The position numbers and the translations under genes were made by a program. From an uncultured Micavibrio sp. (GTDB taxonomy: Bacteria > Pseudomonadota > Alphaproteobacteria > Micavibrionales > UBA1664), in contig CALBME010000181.1 of the NCBI GenBank assembly GCA_937896295.1, positions 1 to 43,154 of the forward strand: a stretch of DNA of 43,154 nucleotides. Reading direction: 5' to 3'. Positions 27,815 through 35,587 of this stretch are shown in pieces. Numbering within the stretch: position 1 is the stretch's first letter; the number at the start of each line of letters is the position of its first letter. The notes under the pieces were generated by a model that had not been told where the DNA came from, made no database searches, and worked only from the letters and a program-made list of their open reading frames with translations.

Positions 27815-28432
27815 ATGAGCAATCCGGAATTTCAGGCCGCGCGTGCGCAAAAGAGCCGTGAGAAAATTTTACAGGCCGCACTCGGTTTATTTGTCGAGCG
27901 CGGATACGATGAAGTCTCGCTCAAGGACATCTCCAAAGCCGCCAAGGTTTCCACGGCCACGCTGTTCGCACATTACCCTCATAAAGAAAGCCTTTTGACC
28001 GGCGCCATCGCCCTGCTGGCCCAGATGCGGGACGAAACGCCGACCAGGAACACCCTGCCCGTGGCCGAGGCGCTGCGCGCCATCGGCCAGTCCTATGCCC
28101 GCCGCCTTGATAACCCCATGCTGCTGGGCCTGATCCGCATGGGTGTATTGATGAAGCAGAATGCGCAAGGTCTGGGACAGGCCGTGAATGACGCGTGGCG
28201 CATGCCCTTTCTGGCCCGGCTCAACGATGTGCTCGATCAGGGCATCGCACAGGGACGCTGGCTGGTGCCGGACCGCAACGTCGCCTCGCGCCAGTTCTTT
28301 GGCATGATTACAGATGCCATTTTATGGCCCCGCCTGTTCGCCATCAGCGACAGCGCCCCGGCCGGTTATCGGGAAGCCGTGGTGGATGAGGCGATCAAGA
28401 CCTTCACCGCCCGGTACGCCGTCACATCCTGA
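27815..28432 (+). CDS. TetR/AcrR family transcriptional regulator
   Basis: N-terminal HTH (ILQAALGLFVERGYDEVSLKDISKAAKVSTATLFAHYPHKESL). 205 aa. Divergent from the kinase-like gene across a 62-nt spacer. Confidence 0.85.
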   Translation: MSNPEFQAARAQKSREKILQAALGLFVERGYDEVSLKDISKAAKVSTATLFAHYPHKESLLTGAIALLAQMRDETPTRNTLPVAEALRAIGQSYARRLDNPMLLGLIRMGVLMKQNAQGLGQAVNDAWRMPFLARLNDVLDQGIAQGRWLVPDRNVASRQFFGMITDAILWPRLFAISDSAPAGYREAVVDEAIKTFTARYAVTS

Positions 28433-28439
28433 AAAGAGA

Positions 28440-31400
28440 TTATTCCTTGGTGGCCTGACGGGCGGCCTCGGCCGCCTGCCCCGGCTCGTTCGGGGCCTGC
28501 GCCCCCGCGGGGGCGTCAGCGGCGGGCACCGCAGGGGCATCCCCCACCTCCCCGGCCTTCGGTTCGACCTTGGCGGGTTCAGTCTTGGCGGGTTCCGGTT
28601 TGGGAGCCGCGTCCTTGGCTGCGGCGGGTTTTTCCGCCACCGCTTTGGCAGGCGCCTGATAAGCCTTAAGCACGTCCTGGAACATGTTCACTTCCGACAC
28701 CAGCTGCAGCAATGTTTCGCGGTCGGCCAGCGTCGCTTCCTGCGCCGTGCGCGTGACCAGCTGGAACGGCTGGTTCAGGTCGGAGCGGCGCATGATGTCC
28801 GAATACGCCACGCGCAGGTCTTCCAGTTTCTGTGTTTCCCCCGACAGGTTCAGGGCCAGCGCCTGGTTGAGCACCAGTTGCGCCTGCTCATGGGTGGGCG
28901 CGCGCGTGGCGCTGAGATTGGCGGCCTTCACCAGCTTGCCGAAGGCGTCCGCCGCAACCGGCCATTTCTGCGAAGCCCACGCGATATCGGCGGTCAGTTT
29001 CAGCGTCTCGGAGTCTTCCTGCAGGGCCGAAAGTTCCGCCAGCGCGTCATCCGCGCGTTTCAGCTGGCCCTTGGCCTTGGCGCGCAGCAGGGCAAAGCGC
29101 TTCGCGTCCACATCGGCAACCTTGCCCGCAACATCAGTGCGGTTAAGCGCCTTATCGATGATCTTGAGCGCATCATTGGGCTGGTCGTTCAGGATACGGA
29201 TCGCCGCCGCACGCTGCGCATAGCGGACGGAATCCTGCGGTGTCGCCGTGGTCACGACCATGGGTTCGATCAGGTCCGCCGCGCGTTCCAGAAGATCGAC
29301 CTGCACCATCTTGTCGGCAATAGCCAGCGTGATCTGTTCACCGTCCGCGCCCGCGGGCATCAGTTCGTTGAATTCGGCGGCAACCGCCGCCGCCTCGATC
29401 GGGGACATGGCTTCACGCGTCTTGCCTGAGAAAAGTTCGCGGAAGGCCTTTTGCATCACCGCCACCAGTTTTTCGCGCGTGCCCGCGTCCTGCGTCATGG
29501 CCGCCGCATCCCGCAGGATGGTCAGCCCCCTTCGCTGCTGTCCGCCGGTCACGTAAATCAGCCCCAGACGTTCGAGCGTCTGGCTTTCAAGGTCATCGCC
29601 CCGCCATCCATAGCGAAAGCGTTCCAGTTTGCGGACTGCATCATCCCGCGCGATGGTGCGGGCCGACAGTCCGCGTTCCACAAGGGCAAGCGTCGACCGC
29701 AGCGGATAAGGACCGTCCAGCCCTTCCGACGACTCGCGGTAGAATTCTGACGCGCCCGTCATGTCGCCGCGTAACGCAGCAATACGGCCGCGGTAAAACG
29801 CCAGCGCCGTATCGCGGTCCAGCGTCAGGCTTTCGCCCGACGCCTTGTCGAACATATCAAGCATGGTGTCCGCGACATTCACATCGCCGCGTGCCAGCAC
29901 CGCCTCGATCAGCGGGGGCAGGACAAGGGTCTGAAGCCGCGCGGGATAGGTGCTCAGTATTTTTATGGCGTTAACGGGCATGGCCTTTTGCGCCTCAGGC
30001 AACTGCCCGGCCTGCGCCAGGTTGAACGACTTCCACAGGGCGATTTCGTTCAGCGTCTCAAGACCCGGCGTGGCAAAGGCCCGCGCCGCATCGTCCGTTT
30101 CACCCTTCAGGGCTGCCACTGCGCCACTGATCGCCTGAAAGTCGGGCGAGCTGCGCAGGTCCGGCATGAAGGACAGCGCCATCGACAGGAACCCTGTCGC
30201 TTCGTGTGGCAATCCCTGTGCCAGCATGAATTTCGCGCCCGAAATGATTTCCGGCAGTTTGCGGTTATCCGGGGCCGTGGCGATCTTCGCGTCGATGGAA
30301 TGACGCATGTCCAGGAACTGTTTGGGCCCGCCCAGCGCCCAGTCCTTGAAGGCAAAAATGGTGGTCGGGGCATTTTCCTTGGTGTCGGCGGGCTTGTCGT
30401 CGGTGCTGGCGGCAGCCACGCGCGCGCCGGCCGCCGGGCGCGGTCCCGTGGCAGACAGGCGTAAGCCCCCCTGCCGCGCAATCACGACTTCGGTCGGCAG
30501 AACCGAAATGCGGATACCGTCCGCCTTGGGTTTGATGACCACACCGACAATCGCCGGGATGGTTTCAAAATCGACGTAAGAATCGGTGTTGATCAGGCGG
30601 CTGTCGGCGCGCCCCACCGTAATGACGGCCAGATCGTCACCGATGAGCGGATCCGGCAGGCGCAGAGCGCCGACCGCATTGGTCATGGGAATATGCACGA
30701 TGGGGCCTGCCGCCGTATCCGCAAAATCACGCTCCATGGATGCGGACTTCAGGTCGCTTTTCTGGCCGGTGATATAAAGACGCCAGACCAGCCCCGCCCC
30801 TTCGGGCCGTACATAGGCCCCCGCCGGCAGGCGGATGCGGTAGGCGGACCCGCCATCGACGCTGACCTTGTCCACCGGCCCCAGCGCCTTGGCATCGGGC
30901 CCGGAAACCTGCGGGGGGACGGACAGTTCTTCCTGGCTTAAGACCATCCACAGATACCCGCCCCGCACAAAAGCCGCGAGGGCAAGGCCCTGCGTCGAGC
31001 CAACAGTGATCAGCGCCGATCCGGTAAACGGCACCGGCGTGGTAGCGGCAGGCGTAAGGTTGATGGGCGCATCCGGCCCCGCCGGCGTAGCGGCGGCCAT
31101 GACACCCGCCGGAGTGTCCAGCGACGGGGCGGTCGATGTCGATGCAGGCAAGGCCGGCGTTTCTTTCTTTGGATCGACCGGATTTGCGTTTGCTGCGTTT
31201 TCAGTGACCAGCGAGGTCGATGTTTCCGTCGTTTTCGCCGGAGCGATTTTCTCCTGGACCTTGGCCTTGGCTTCATCGGCGGCAGCAACCGGCGACACGG
31301 TCTTTTCCGGCACGGATTCAGGTGCCGTGACTTTTGCGGCTGCTGCCTTTGCTGCAGCAATCGCCGCTGCAACGGCATCTTTGGGCGCAGCATCCGGCGT

Positions 31401-31874
31401 ACCGGCAGCCGGTGATTCTTCCGTCAGGCGGGCGGGAACGGAGGGCGTTTTGGCAGAATCCTCTTTTTTCGGGGCGGCCTGCGGCACGGCTGACAGGACC
31501 TGCGGAACCGGGTCTTTGGGATAAAGATCGACGAACAGGCGGTTGCCCAGGGTCAGGGTGCGGTGACGGGCCATCGCGCCCGTCTTCACGACATACGCAT
31601 TCGCCCCCTCCGCCGTAATGGTGGTCGCCGGGATCACGCCGCGCAGGGCACCCGCACCCTCCACGCTGACGGGTCCGTCGAACTGTATTTTGAGGGTCGT
31701 ATCCCCGGCTTCGGTCACGGTGGCCTTGGGCAGCCCCGCGCCTGAAAACACCAGCCGAATGAAGTCGGCCTTCTTTTCACCGCGCACGGCGACGCGGGCA
31801 GCGTCCTGCGCTTGGGCGGCAAGGCTGCAAAACAGACCTAAAAGAATTACGGCAAGAAGAGAGATTCTGCGCAT
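28440..31874 (-). CDS. 1144-aa exported protein: beta-rich (AMIN-like?) N-domain, Ala/Pro-rich linker, second beta-rich region, long TPR-like helical repeat region
   Basis: Signal peptide MRRISLLAVILLGLFCSLAAQA/QD. Low-complexity stretches of A/P/K/E near both ends. About 600 aa of helical repeats. Lies directly downstream of two MotB-like genes. Confidence 0.7.
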   Translation of the reverse strand: MRRISLLAVILLGLFCSLAAQAQDAARVAVRGEKKADFIRLVFSGAGLPKATVTEAGDTTLKIQFDGPVSVEGAGALRGVIPATTITAEGANAYVVKTGAMARHRTLTLGNRLFVDLYPKDPVPQVLSAVPQAAPKKEDSAKTPSVPARLTEESPAAGTPDAAPKDAVAAAIAAAKAAAAKVTAPESVPEKTVSPVAAADEAKAKVQEKIAPAKTTETSTSLVTENAANANPVDPKKETPALPASTSTAPSLDTPAGVMAAATPAGPDAPINLTPAATTPVPFTGSALITVGSTQGLALAAFVRGGYLWMVLSQEELSVPPQVSGPDAKALGPVDKVSVDGGSAYRIRLPAGAYVRPEGAGLVWRLYITGQKSDLKSASMERDFADTAAGPIVHIPMTNAVGALRLPDPLIGDDLAVITVGRADSRLINTDSYVDFETIPAIVGVVIKPKADGIRISVLPTEVVIARQGGLRLSATGPRPAAGARVAAASTDDKPADTKENAPTTIFAFKDWALGGPKQFLDMRHSIDAKIATAPDNRKLPEIISGAKFMLAQGLPHEATGFLSMALSFMPDLRSSPDFQAISGAVAALKGETDDAARAFATPGLETLNEIALWKSFNLAQAGQLPEAQKAMPVNAIKILSTYPARLQTLVLPPLIEAVLARGDVNVADTMLDMFDKASGESLTLDRDTALAFYRGRIAALRGDMTGASEFYRESSEGLDGPYPLRSTLALVERGLSARTIARDDAVRKLERFRYGWRGDDLESQTLERLGLIYVTGGQQRRGLTILRDAAAMTQDAGTREKLVAVMQKAFRELFSGKTREAMSPIEAAAVAAEFNELMPAGADGEQITLAIADKMVQVDLLERAADLIEPMVVTTATPQDSVRYAQRAAAIRILNDQPNDALKIIDKALNRTDVAGKVADVDAKRFALLRAKAKGQLKRADDALAELSALQEDSETLKLTADIAWASQKWPVAADAFGKLVKAANLSATRAPTHEQAQLVLNQALALNLSGETQKLEDLRVAYSDIMRRSDLNQPFQLVTRTAQEATLADRETLLQLVSEVNMFQDVLKAYQAPAKAVAEKPAAAKDAAPKPEPAKTEPAKVEPKAGEVGDAPAVPAADAPAGAQAPNEPGQAAEAARQATKE

Positions 31875-31925
31875 CGGATTCCTTAAAATTCAACCTGCCA
31901 TGGGGTCCTGATCCGGTCAACGCAA

Positions 31926-31945
31926 AGGGGGGTTTTTACCCCCCT
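31926..31945 (-). terminator. GC hairpin (possible attenuator/terminator) between the MotB-like gene and the 1144-aa gene
   Basis: AGGGGGG-loop-CCCCCCT, followed on the minus strand by TTTGCG. The U-tract is weak. Confidence 0.35.
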
Positions 31946-31957
31946 GCTTTCACGGCC

Positions 31958-32821
31958 CTATTGCATATTCCCGTCATCGGCATCGACGCGGATTTCAATA
32001 CCCGGCTGTTTGCCCGTCCCCTGCGCGATCACGACAAAAGGTTTGCGATACCCCGCATCCCGGAAAAGCGCGGCAAAGGCCGATACCTGCGCAAGCGCGC
32101 TATCCCAGTCGCCGGAATCATCGGGAATACCGACCACGGTGATGCGGTTCGACAGGGTGGCAAGCCGGTTCGCCAGCCCCTTGGTGATGCGCTGCCCGTC
32201 CGCCGACAGGGCGTTGCCGCTGAAAATCTTGTCGGCATCGAGTACCAGGCGCAAGTGATCGCGGGCGGGCATAATACGCACATCGTCCTGAAGCTTCACC
32301 TGCGCGACTGCGTCCTTGAGAATGCCCTGCAGATAGCCAAGGTCGAGGCCCGAGCCGAAACTGGTGCGTGAAATATTCTGCCCGGCCTGGCTGCCGGCTT
32401 CGCCCCGCCCCGCCCCGCCATGCATGTTGCGGGCGTTCACGTCAGCAGTGTTCGGCGCCTGAATATTGGCCGGGTCCTTCATGGAATACAACATCAGGAA
32501 GAAACACAGCATGATGGAAAAAAGGTCCGTAAACGAAATCAGCCACATCCGGCCCTGAACCAGTTTGGCTTCCCGGTCGTCATAGGCATATTCACGTGGC
32601 TGGTGACGCTCGACGCTTCCGGCCACCGTATTCGAGGCCGCGCTGGCAAAGGCCATGGCATTCAGGTCGTGCGACAGGTGCGAGCTATGCGCGGTTTGGT
32701 TTGCTGCGTTTAGCGGCCCCTCATGCAGCGGCCCGGAGGTCAGGCCCCGTTCTGCACTGGCTTTCTTTTCCTCCTTCTCCAGGAGGTCCAGCGCCGCAAG
32801 GATCTTGTCCATGTTATCCAT
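31958..32821 (-). CDS. MotB-family protein (conserved TM Asp, long cytoplasmic N-extension, divergent OmpA-like C-domain)
   Basis: The TM segment WLISFTDLFSIMLCFFLMLYS aligns with E. coli MotB YADFMTAMMAFFLVMWLIS, including the Asp (D99). The C-terminal alpha/beta region is OmpA-like in layout, but I could not find the N..LS..RA motif. Confidence 0.6.
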   Translation of the reverse strand: MDNMDKILAALDLLEKEEKKASAERGLTSGPLHEGPLNAANQTAHSSHLSHDLNAMAFASAASNTVAGSVERHQPREYAYDDREAKLVQGRMWLISFTDLFSIMLCFFLMLYSMKDPANIQAPNTADVNARNMHGGAGRGEAGSQAGQNISRTSFGSGLDLGYLQGILKDAVAQVKLQDDVRIMPARDHLRLVLDADKIFSGNALSADGQRITKGLANRLATLSNRITVVGIPDDSGDWDSALAQVSAFAALFRDAGYRKPFVVIAQGTGKQPGIEIRVDADDGNMQ

Positions 32822-32823
32822 GC

Positions 32824-33420
32824 TTATCCCCCGCCCCGCACGAAGCGCAGTTCAATGGAAGGTCTTCCGCGATCGGCATAGCCAATACCGATAAGGTCAG
32901 CGTCCAGCCCGTCATCCACCAGTTCCCGCGCCATGGCGGGCAGATCGCCGGTGCCGTCCGCACCGTCAAGCGCAATGATCTGCAGCATGAATTTTCCGCC
33001 GCGGTTATACGTCGTCATGACACTGCCAAGGCGCGCGCGCAGTTCGGGCCAGCGCTCTGCGAACTGGTCACGGGGAATATCCACTACCATCATTTGGCCG
33101 GAACTTCCCACGCGCGTCTGCTGAAACCCGACATCGGGAAGAACGCTGCGCAGGCCTGCGGCGGCGGCCTCCTCCGCATCGCCGTTCGTCCCGGCATCGT
33201 CGCCGCCAGCCGTATCCGAACGCCCGTAACCGACAAAACCGAACGTATTGCTTAAGGACGCCTGCAGCATTTTCTGTTTGATGCTGGATTCAGGCGACAG
33301 GGCGTTCAGGACAATGAAGAAAGCCAGGAGCGCGATGAACACCGACACGGTCAGTGTCAGGGTCAGGGTGCGCATATCGACGGGCGATACGTGGTCGTCG
33401 CGGGTTTTCTTGTCACGCAT
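32824..33420 (-). CDS. MotB-like protein lacking the conserved TM Asp
   Basis: The single TM TLTVSVFIALLAFFIVLNALS has the MotB-like AFF..L..S pattern but Ser at the Asp position. The C-terminal alpha/beta region resembles the neighbouring MotB-like protein. 2-nt gap to the next gene. Confidence 0.5.
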   Translation of the reverse strand: MRDKKTRDDHVSPVDMRTLTLTLTVSVFIALLAFFIVLNALSPESSIKQKMLQASLSNTFGFVGYGRSDTAGGDDAGTNGDAEEAAAAGLRSVLPDVGFQQTRVGSSGQMMVVDIPRDQFAERWPELRARLGSVMTTYNRGGKFMLQIIALDGADGTGDLPAMARELVDDGLDADLIGIGYADRGRPSIELRFVRGGG

Positions 33421-33440
33421 GCAGCAAAGTTTACCACGAA

Positions 33441-33463
33441 AAACGGCCCCTGTGGGGCCGTTT
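33441..33463 (-). terminator. Intrinsic terminator/attenuator after cheZ
   Basis: Minus strand reads AAACGGCCCC-ACA-GGGGCCGTTTTTCG. It sits 34 nt after the cheZ stop and ends about 15 nt before the next ATG (33420). Confidence 0.65.
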
Positions 33464-33496
33464 CATCTATCCGGTTTTATGCAATATAAATAGCGC

Positions 33497-34075
33497 TCAA
33501 TCAAAGCTGGCCAGCAGCTTGTCGATATCTTCCTGGCTCATGGCATTGGCGGGCATTTGCGGACCGTTCAGCAGGCGGGCATCCCCGGTGCGCGTATCCT
33601 GGGAAACCGTATCGTCATTATGACCGACGATTTCCAGCAGGTGTTCGACCTTGGACTGGATTTCACCCAGCACGCCCACGACCTTTTTAATACGCTGGCC
33701 GGTAACGTCCTGAAAGGAACAGGCCTCATAGATCTTGGTGACTTCATCGGAAACCGTCTGTGCCAGCGGGTCAGCTTTGCCGGCAGCGGCCTTTTCCATG
33801 ACTTCGCACGACGACATGATGGTATCGGTCGCCTGTTTGGTCGCGGTCACGACGGCATCCAGTTCATCGGTGGCGCCGGGCACGTGCTTGGCGGTCAGGT
33901 CCTGCGGGCGCAGGCCGGCAATGTCCTGACGGAACGCCTGAATGACATCCAGAACGCCGCGCAGTTCCTTGATGACGGCTTCCTGATTGGCGTCGGTGGA
34001 ATCCGCCATTTTCGCAATGACGGAATTGACGATGGTGACTACCTTGCTGCGATCGTACTGATTTGCGGCTGACAT
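33497..34075 (-). CDS. cheZ: CheZ-family CheY-P phosphatase (short, 192 aa)
   Basis: FQDVTGQ matches E. coli FQDLTGQ (catalytic D143/Q147). LLNGPQ block is present. The C-terminal SQEDIDKLLASFD matches the CheY-binding tail SQDQVDDLLDSLGF. Confidence 0.85.
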   Translation of the reverse strand: MSAANQYDRSKVVTIVNSVIAKMADSTDANQEAVIKELRGVLDVIQAFRQDIAGLRPQDLTAKHVPGATDELDAVVTATKQATDTIMSSCEVMEKAAAGKADPLAQTVSDEVTKIYEACSFQDVTGQRIKKVVGVLGEIQSKVEHLLEIVGHNDDTVSQDTRTGDARLLNGPQMPANAMSQEDIDKLLASFD

Positions 34076-34078
34076 GGC

Positions 34079-34468
34079 TTAGAGCGCCCCCAGCACGGCC
34101 GTGATCTTGGCCTTCAGCGTTTCCGCATTGAATGGCTTCACGATGTAATTGTTCACGCCGGCCTGTTTGGCCGCGATGATGTTCTCGGTCTTGCTTTCCG
34201 CCGTCACCATGATGAAGGGGACGCTTTTGTTTTCGCTGGCGCTGCCGCGAATGCCTTTCAGCAGGTCCATGCCGCTCATCGGCTCCATGTTCCAGTCGGA
34301 AACGATCATGCCGTATTTTTTCTCACCGAACATTTTGAGCGCGGCGCTGCCATCGCTGGCTTCGTCGATATTGGGAAACCCGATCTGGTTGAGAAGGTTG
34401 CGGATGATGCGGCGCATGGTGGCGTAATCATCCACGACCAGCACGTTCATAGTTTTATCGACTGCCAT
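34079..34468 (-). CDS. cheY: Chemotaxis response regulator CheY
   Basis: 129-aa single receiver domain: VLVVDDYATMRR, SDWNMEPMSG, PFIMVTAE and YIVKPF. Confidence 0.9.
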   Translation of the reverse strand: MAVDKTMNVLVVDDYATMRRIIRNLLNQIGFPNIDEASDGSAALKMFGEKKYGMIVSDWNMEPMSGMDLLKGIRGSASENKSVPFIMVTAESKTENIIAAKQAGVNNYIVKPFNAETLKAKITAVLGAL

Positions 34469-34623
34469 AATAACCCCGGAAGAATTGTAAGAATTACGAA
34501 AAAGACTAGGAAATACCAGCCTTTGAGGATTTGATTCTGCCCCGATTTGGTTAAGACGTCATGAATAAAAGGACCTGTATGACGCAGCGGCAGAATGTCG
34601 CAGTTTTTTGGAAAATATATAGA

Positions 34624-35550
34624 TCAGGGCCGTCCCAGTGCATCGAGGCCAGGGAGCGCCGCTGAACCGGCAGGCGCGGGCGTCGCCAGCGGCGCGCCGG
34701 TATTGGCCCCCATGAACCCGGTCGGCTGGGGCTGGGCCCTTGCCTGTGGTTTCTGGTCGGGCAGCTTGTTCATCTCGGTCAGACGCACCGTCAGCTCGTT
34801 CGCCTTTTGCGTATCCATGGCGGCGATGATGGGCGCACTTTTACGTTCCGACATTTTGGAAACAACCTGCAGCAACACGGTCATGTCCATCTGGTTGAAA
34901 ATGGCCGCGGCCTCTTTCGGCTTCATCTGCTCATAGATTTTCACAAGACTGGTGATCTTGGAATTCTGTTCCTTCTGCTGCTGCCCCAGCAGTTTTTCGA
35001 TCTGATCCTTCAGACCCGTCAGTTCGGCAATCTTGGTGTCGATCTGCTTTTCGGACGCCTTCATCAGCGCCTCGCGCGTATCGAGGGCCTTTTCCCGGGC
35101 CTCCAGCTGCTGGCGGCGCTTGGCCAGATCGGCCAGAAGCTGCATTTGTTCCGGGGAATCGGCCATCTGCTGGCTGGCCGGATCCGCCCATACCTCAGGC
35201 AGAGTCGCGTTGGGATTGGGCAGCGTCACCTTGGGCTGGTTGTCCTGGGATGGCTGTGCCTCCCCTTCCGCAGCTGGCAGGATGCCGGGATCATTGGTTA
35301 TGGATGATGCCGCCGGAGCGGCCTTATCCGAAGGCGGGGTTTTGACCGGGGCGTTCGCGGCATCGGCCTTGGGCTCCTCCCCGGCGGCGGGCTGCACCTC
35401 GGCCAGTGCCGACGCGGTCAGGTCCTTCACGTCGGTCACGGTTTCCCCCATGCGCACGGCAAAGGCGGCCATGGCGACCAGGACAAGAAGTGGCAGGATA
35501 CGAAAGCGGGTGAGAAAATCGTTCATCATGAGAATTCTATCATAATGCAA
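34624..35550 (-). CDS. MotE/FlbB-like (MgtE-N-like) flagellar motility protein
   Basis: N-terminal TM, Pro/Ala-rich region, coiled coil, then VKIYEQMKPKEAAAIFNQMDMTVLLQVVSKMSERKSAPIIAAMDTQKANELT, which is typical of MotE-type proteins. Confidence 0.55.
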   Translation of the reverse strand: MHYDRILMMNDFLTRFRILPLLVLVAMAAFAVRMGETVTDVKDLTASALAEVQPAAGEEPKADAANAPVKTPPSDKAAPAASSITNDPGILPAAEGEAQPSQDNQPKVTLPNPNATLPEVWADPASQQMADSPEQMQLLADLAKRRQQLEAREKALDTREALMKASEKQIDTKIAELTGLKDQIEKLLGQQQKEQNSKITSLVKIYEQMKPKEAAAIFNQMDMTVLLQVVSKMSERKSAPIIAAMDTQKANELTVRLTEMNKLPDQKPQARAQPQPTGFMGANTGAPLATPAPAGSAALPGLDALGRP

Positions 35551-35587
35551 AAAGAAGGCCCATGCCGGGCAGACGGGATATTAACCC

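Noticed and set aside
34550-34565. CtrA box upstream of cheY (minus strand TTCA-N7-TTAAC, followed by TTAACCAAAT)
   Set aside because: It has one mismatch in the first half-site of TTAA-N7-TTAAC. Similar near-misses occur at 23906-23921 (TTAA-N7-GTTA) and near 38133-38148. No exact box was found in any flagellar spacer, so I cannot support a CtrA regulon call from sequence alone.
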